Virus record (IMG/VR): IMGVR_UViG_3300021399_000104
DNA from: an uncultured virus (IMG/VR IMGVR_UViG_3300021399_000104)
Taxonomy: Duplodnaviria; Heunggongvirae; Uroviricota; Caudoviricetes
Length of the DNA stretch: 64,000 nucleotides
Direction: 5' to 3' (one strand)
This document shows positions 59,276 to 64,000 of this stretch, one piece after another (position 1 is the first letter of the stretch; each line of letters opens with the position of its first letter). A program made the translations under genes and the position numbers. Under the pieces are notes generated by a model. It was not told the origin of the DNA, searched no databases, and worked only from the letters and a program-made list of their open reading frames with translations.

Positions 59276-59509
59276 AATTATAAGGCATTGAGTGGTATTT
59301 GAGAAGGAAAAAATAAAAAGGAGGACTATCTATCACAGACTGTCCCCTAAGAAAGTTAAACTATTCATATTAAGAATTACACATATATAAGGCATTTAAG
59401 TATTTTAAGGCGGAGAAAAAAAATAAGAGAAGATTATTCATCTCGAACCATCTCCTCTCTAATAACCTTTAATTTAATAACAATCATATATAAGGCATTC
59501 ATTACTGTT

Positions 59510-59806
59510 TCAAGCGGGATTCTCTTCTATATAAATCCAGTCCAAACTATCTGGTGTTTCAAGAGTTTCCAGTCCATCATATTCTTCGATACGGTAAAAA
59601 GGTCCCTCAATTTCCTCTATTTTTAGACTTGAGAACCTTCCGCCTACCTGTTCTATTCCCAATTCTTCTATACACCTGATTAGTAATGGGTGATGTCTTG
59701 GTAATTGCCAGGGGTCATCTATTCCATTCTTTTTAAACCAATCAAGTGCAGTTATGGAGAGATCAAATCCTCCATAAGCAACATTTATTACTATTTTATG
59801 TTTCAT
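59510..59806 (-). CDS. conserved-type phage hypothetical protein
   Basis: KIVIN..YGGF.LS...RHHP.LI..IEELG...Y.IEEYDGLE. Confidence 0.75.
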   Translation of the reverse strand: MKHKIVINVAYGGFDLSITALDWFKKNGIDDPWQLPRHHPLLIRCIEELGIEQVGGRFSSLKIEEIEGPFYRIEEYDGLETLETPDSLDWIYIEENPA

Positions 59807-60326
59807 GGTGATTTTTTCCTTTCCAGAATAGTTTATAGAATTTTTCCCATCTCGGATTTAGCTGTTTATGCTCTTTTAGATATTCCCTGACGCATTTGAT
59901 TGGGCAAATCCATTTCAGTTTTCGCATTAGATCTGGCGTCATAATAAGAACAGGGAAAGCGACTATACTATCTAGTCCTTTATCGCCATCATATTGTAGT
60001 CTTTGGTAGCGTTCGATTGATGTGATAGTTTCTTTTTCCGCTTGTTCTTTAGGGCAGTCGTAGTGGTGTATTCTCTTATAGTATTTAATAAGATTAGTGA
60101 CGGCCTCTTCGGTAGATTTAAATTTTCCCAATCGTTTATAGTTTTTCTCTATTTCTGTTCTCATTTCTCTGACATAATCTTTTCTAGTTTTCTCATGTTC
60201 ATAGAAAGTCAGGTCATGATTTAAGAAGTAGTAGAGAAGTTCAGGGAAATAGACTAAGGCCCAGCATCTAATTTCGTAGTAATCAGCATAGGTCTTTACA
60301 TAGAGTTTGTCTTTTTCTTCTTCCAT
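59796..60326 (-). CDS. hypothetical protein
   Basis: 176 aa ORF. Confidence 0.7.
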   Translation of the reverse strand: MEEEKDKLYVKTYADYYEIRCWALVYFPELLYYFLNHDLTFYEHEKTRKDYVREMRTEIEKNYKRLGKFKSTEEAVTNLIKYYKRIHHYDCPKEQAEKETITSIERYQRLQYDGDKGLDSIVAFPVLIMTPDLMRKLKWICPIKCVREYLKEHKQLNPRWEKFYKLFWKGKNHHET

Positions 60327-60345
60327 TTTTTATATAAGGCATTGA

Positions 60346-60663
60346 TTATTTTTTAAGTTGTTCTATTAAAGCGTCTGCACATTTCACCGAGAACTCTGCT
60401 ATTTCATTGCTATAGTTTTTAGTCTCTCCTGTAAAAGGCTTTGAGACGATGTCATAGTAGGCATTTTCATCAGGTAGTAGTTTAATAGCGCATTTCATAG
60501 CTTCGATCGCTGCTTGTTCTCTAAGTCTTTGCCAGTGATCATCTTTGTCTATAAAATCAAAGTCTCTAGTTAAGTAAGAATTTCCGTCTGAATCATAGAA
60601 GACATTTTCGAAAATTTCTTTAACTACTACAGTCTTTCCTGTCTTTTTACTTATTGCTTTCAT
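60346..60663 (-). CDS. hypothetical phage protein
   Basis: W...R.QAAIEAM...IA..SV..ADALIE.LK pattern. Confidence 0.7.
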   Translation of the reverse strand: MKAISKKTGKTVVVKEIFENVFYDSDGNSYLTRDFDFIDKDDHWQRLREQAAIEAMKCAIKLLPDENAYYDIVSKPFTGETKNYSNEIAEFSVKCADALIEQLKK

Positions 60664-62104
60664 TTTTAAGTTGTTTTATTAGTTTTTGTATATTGCGGAA
60701 GAACATTGAGTTACCAGATAAGTCGCTATAGTATTTAACGGAGTCTACGCGTTTTTCCAGTAGTTCTATCACATGTTGTATTCCCTTTTGGTAGGCTTCT
60801 TTTTCTGCCTTTTCAAACAGCTCTAGTCTATCCAAGTTAATGAGTCTTTTGAGGTCTTTATTCCATTCCTGCCCGTCTTGTCTTAGTTTATCGTTAAGTT
60901 TATTAATTTCTTCTATTGTGGCGGGTCTAACTTCCTCATCTGTCCACCAAGTATCAGAAATAGATATAAACAATTCATTTTCAGTATCTATTCCAACGTA
61001 AGCCACAGGTGAATTTGGGTGGTTTGGGTCGATAGTTCCTTTAAAGATAAATGGTCTTGAGTCATTGGTAGTAGCTAAGTAGTCTCCATCCTGAGCATCT
61101 TTAAGGGTCCAGGCATGATAAGTTTGGTCGATAAGATCTCGTGTAGGATAGGTTAATTGTCCATTAGTATCTTCCACTTTATAATTTGTTTTATCGACTT
61201 CTATTATTCTTAGTGGTTTTTTATCCTCTCCAACGATCCAATCCTTCTTTTTAAACCTTGGATTCGCAACTTTAGTACTCCAATCATAAGAGTCGATTAT
61301 TGCATTGAGAACTAGATCAGCAACATCATTAGCTCCAATAGAATAATTAGCTATTCTCTTATGATTATCCATCAGTTTTCCCCAGATCTGATGTGAGTAG
61401 CTACAAGCATAATCCCTGATATCATCTCTAGACACCAACTGCTTTCTATTTATTGGTGGAAACTCATAATCCTCTTGTTCTTTAATAGGGATTGTTTCAT
61501 TATTGCAGTGATAATCAAATTTATCAATAGAGACGATTACAGGTAGGCCCTCAGTTATTCCTGCTCTAGCCTCTTCTTTAGTTCTCATAATGTCTCCCTC
61601 TTTGAATATAGGTTCTGGGAAGGTATTAGACTCTTGTGCAATTTCTTCATCTTCCTCCTCTTTTACTTCAAGGGTGTCGAGGAAAGAAAGTAATTCGAAT
61701 AAAGCTATTACAATATCAGAATGAGAGGTTCCAGATTCTTTTGTAAAAAATTGAATTCTTTTATCTACCTCTGCCACTAAAGCATCTTTGTCTATTAAAT
61801 GCTTCATATTATTCTCCTTTTTAAGCCCAAGTTTGAAGAAATGTTTGGCAATCTCCTCACCACTTGGAATAAGTTGATAATTAACGCCTTTACTTTTTGT
61901 GATTTTTGGTTGATTCTTAAAATATTCTTTAATTTCTTTCTCCAATTCTATCTCTTTCACTTCAATGGTGTCAAGGAAAGACTTTAATTTGCCTAAGGCT
62001 AATGCAGTATAACCAGAATTAGATTTTCCCGATACTTCTGTAAAAAATCTAATCTTTATGTCTATCTCCGCAACTACAGCAGCTTTATCTATTAAGTGTT
62101 TCAT
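60647..62104 (-). CDS. mosaic hypothetical protein with two MKHLIDK modules
   Basis: internal repeat of the N-terminal module at ~61807. Confidence 0.75.
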   Translation of the reverse strand: MKHLIDKAAVVAEIDIKIRFFTEVSGKSNSGYTALALGKLKSFLDTIEVKEIELEKEIKEYFKNQPKITKSKGVNYQLIPSGEEIAKHFFKLGLKKENNMKHLIDKDALVAEVDKRIQFFTKESGTSHSDIVIALFELLSFLDTLEVKEEEDEEIAQESNTFPEPIFKEGDIMRTKEEARAGITEGLPVIVSIDKFDYHCNNETIPIKEQEDYEFPPINRKQLVSRDDIRDYACSYSHQIWGKLMDNHKRIANYSIGANDVADLVLNAIIDSYDWSTKVANPRFKKKDWIVGEDKKPLRIIEVDKTNYKVEDTNGQLTYPTRDLIDQTYHAWTLKDAQDGDYLATTNDSRPFIFKGTIDPNHPNSPVAYVGIDTENELFISISDTWWTDEEVRPATIEEINKLNDKLRQDGQEWNKDLKRLINLDRLELFEKAEKEAYQKGIQHVIELLEKRVDSVKYYSDLSGNSMFFRNIQKLIKQLKNESNK

Positions 62105-62105
62105 A

Positions 62106-62594
62106 TTATTCTCCTTTCTGTACTTTTAATCCAAGCTCTAATCTCAGTTTGGCAATCTCTTTTACATCTTCAATATCTTCTTTTAGATGTTTCTCCAAGT
62201 TTATTTCTTTCACTTCAGCATTTTCTTTGTAACGTGGGTCTCTTGCAAGTTCAACTCCTGTCTCACCACCACTAATACAAGCTTGTTCTAGTTCCTTTCT
62301 CCATAATGTTTGCTGTTCTTTTGTAAGTTGATTAAACAACAAACTTTCTATGTTAAAAGAATAGGTTTCAGCATGTGCTTGAATGCCAGCTTTAACAGAA
62401 TCATATTGAATGCACTGTTCATAAGGATCATCCATTACTTCAAGGGAGTCAATGGAGTTCTCTAATTCGCATAAAGTATCGTAAGCTAAACCATTCGTTT
62501 CGCTGTTTTCAAGATAGCCGTTTCTGTCACAAAAACTATTTTTATAACTCTCTATCTCCGCAATTACTTTGTCTTTGTCTATTAAATGTTTCAT
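62106..62594 (-). CDS. hypothetical protein with an MKHLIDK module
   Basis: same N-terminal module. Confidence 0.75.
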   Translation of the reverse strand: MKHLIDKDKVIAEIESYKNSFCDRNGYLENSETNGLAYDTLCELENSIDSLEVMDDPYEQCIQYDSVKAGIQAHAETYSFNIESLLFNQLTKEQQTLWRKELEQACISGGETGVELARDPRYKENAEVKEINLEKHLKEDIEDVKEIAKLRLELGLKVQKGE

Positions 62595-62600
62595 AATTTG

Positions 62601-62900
62601 TTACCAGATAAAAATTCCTCCATAAATCACCCAAGCTAAAAGAATAGTTTTGAAGTGTTTAAGCTTGTACCACTTAAAATACCCTTTTATATAGTATTTA
62701 ATTCTACTTTGCCAACGTTTAAAATCACATAGTTTTCCAGTAGATGGTTTACTATAAGTAACTGTTATTGACGTTGAATATAGGTAGATTTTCCAAGTAA
62801 TGTAGCACAATGACCCTACAATCATTAGTATAAGATGCCATTTCATAGTTACTCTTATTTTGGTTCGTCTATATAAGTCCAATAAAGAACATCTTCCCAA
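62601..62900 (-). CDS. small membrane protein
   Basis: likely start MKWHLIL; two hydrophobic segments. Confidence 0.55.
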   Translation of the reverse strand: MGRCSLLDLYRRTKIRVTMKWHLILMIVGSLCYITWKIYLYSTSITVTYSKPSTGKLCDFKRWQSRIKYYIKGYFKWYKLKHFKTILLAWVIYGGIFIW

Positions 62901-63046
62901 TTTACCCTATCTTCCCATCCAATGTCTGAGTAGTAGCAGCATAAATCGTATAACCAGATGCCATCTTCCATGTTTTTATTTCTACAAGCAGTAAGAACTT
63001 GTTCACCACTATTAGGGAACTTTATTTTTGTACTAATCCAATTCAT
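62855..63046 (-). CDS. DUF551-like protein
   Basis: MNWIS....P..GEQVL...V.YW..I..P. Confidence 0.65.
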   Translation of the reverse strand: MNWISTKIKFPNSGEQVLTACRNKNMEDGIWLYDLCCYYSDIGWEDRVNWEDVLYWTYIDEPK

Positions 63047-63402
63047 CCTCCCATGTATTTTTTGAAGTCTTTAAGAAAATTCTCCATATCTTTGCCTTCC
63101 ATGTTGATTTCATTAAGCTGGAGATATAACCACTCACTTGCTTTTTCAATTAACTTGTCCTGCTTATAGTTCAGATATTTCTCAGCATCCTTCATTGTCT
63201 CATCAAACGAAGGGAGATTTCCATTTAAGTCAACCGGATAACCTTTCTTTTCGGATAGATACTTTGCAATTCTCTTTTCATCAGGGTTTTCGTCCGCCCA
63301 TTCAGCACACATACAACATAAGTCTGCAGTGCTTTTATAATCATTTCGTGGGTCATTACAAAGTTCTGATGCCTTTTTCCTTATTTCTTCTATTCGTGTC
63401 AT
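63043..63402 (-). CDS. hypothetical protein
   Basis: GAEWAD-like and IEKA.EWL motifs. Confidence 0.7.
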   Translation of the reverse strand: MTRIEEIRKKASELCNDPRNDYKSTADLCCMCAEWADENPDEKRIAKYLSEKKGYPVDLNGNLPSFDETMKDAEKYLNYKQDKLIEKASEWLYLQLNEINMEGKDMENFLKDFKKYMGG

Positions 63403-63404
63403 AA

Positions 63405-63656
63405 TTATTCTCCTTTCATATAGTTTATGAATTTCTCAAATGCTTGGTTGAATTGAATATTAACAGGTCCACCAGCTAAAACGGAAACATCTTTAATAAA
63501 ACGTTCCTCTAGATATTTTTTAGCTTTCTCAATAAAGGCATCGGTGCGAGTGTATTCAATGTCATTTACGCCTATCCACGCACTATTCCATGTATTACGT
63601 ATTTTATCGTCTTTAACATGAACATAAATCCTCTCTGGTGCTTCATTTGCTTTCAT
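63405..63656 (-). CDS. hypothetical protein
   Basis: APERIY...IEYTRTDAFIEKA. Confidence 0.7.
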   Translation of the reverse strand: MKANEAPERIYVHVKDDKIRNTWNSAWIGVNDIEYTRTDAFIEKAKKYLEERFIKDVSVLAGGPVNIQFNQAFEKFINYMKGE

Positions 63657-64000
63657 TTTTTGATGTCAGTATTTATTTTTCTGAATCTAACAACATTGTA
63701 AAGCTTCTTTTCAGGATAGTATACAGAACTAACTTCCTCTACTTTATATGCTCTGAAAGGAACATAAAACAATACGACTTCGTTAGGTCTAGCAAACAGA
63801 TCTCTTCCATCCTCTCTCATTTCAATCTTATCGCCCCACACTTTAATGGTATCTTTTCCTCCATCAGTAAATATAACTTCATATATGCATGGATTGGAAT
63901 TTTTTATTTCAACACTCTTTTTAAAAATTTCTTGTTCTTTCCTCTCTTCTTCACAAATCTTTTTAAAGCATGAAACAAACGAAGTTACTATAAAAATACC
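63653..64000 (-). CDS. hypothetical protein, 5' end beyond the window
   Basis: frame is open from 64000 to the stop at 63653. Confidence 0.6.
   Translation of the reverse strand, partial: GIFIVTSFVSCFKKICEEERKEQEIFKKSVEIKNSNPCIYEVIFTDGGKDTIKVWGDKIEMREDGRDLFARPNEVVLFYVPFRAYKVEEVSSVYYPEKKLYNVVRFRKINTDIKK

Noticed and set aside
1..64000. Stop-codon reassignment (TAG=Gln as in Lak phages)
   Set aside because: Long conserved genes (nrdD, groEL, ligA) are intact in code 11, TAG ends several genes, and the tRNA-Gln anticodon is TTG, not CTA.

Overview
A 64 kb segment of a large, AT-rich dsDNA (jumbo-type) phage genome read in standard code 11. The host is probably Bacteroidota/Prevotella-like, inferred from lipoprotein and DUF4842-type genes and a promoter resembling the Bacteroidota -7 element. 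Recognisable genes are GroES/GroEL, NAD-dependent DNA ligase, dUTPase, a ParM-like actin, NrdD/NrdG, a Ppx/GppA-like protein, IF-1, an M42 peptidase, several phosphoesterases, a radical SAM enzyme, tRNA-Gln and an IS607 element (tnpA/tnpB). Two features stand out. (1) Positions 1-1470 hold an array of at least 10 silent coding cassettes of about 150 bp. Each runs from CCTAGTG (Pro-Ser) to ATTCGTTCC (Ile-Arg-Ser), is in frame and stop-free internally, and encodes a different peptide resembling the variable C-terminal region of C-type-lectin-fold receptor-binding proteins. Most cassettes are out of frame with their neighbours. This looks like a cassette library for protein diversification, and a DUF559-like nuclease gene follows immediately. 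(2) There are two inverted copies of a module made of a structured non-coding element plus an SF2 helicase-like gene (~29 kb and ~58 kb). Strand composition appears to flip at both, suggesting multiple replication origins. Also seen: a bipartite phage promoter with fixed spacing, a degenerate tRNA-like RNA with its own promoter, and tandem families of small proteins. All family assignments come from motif recognition, not database searches.
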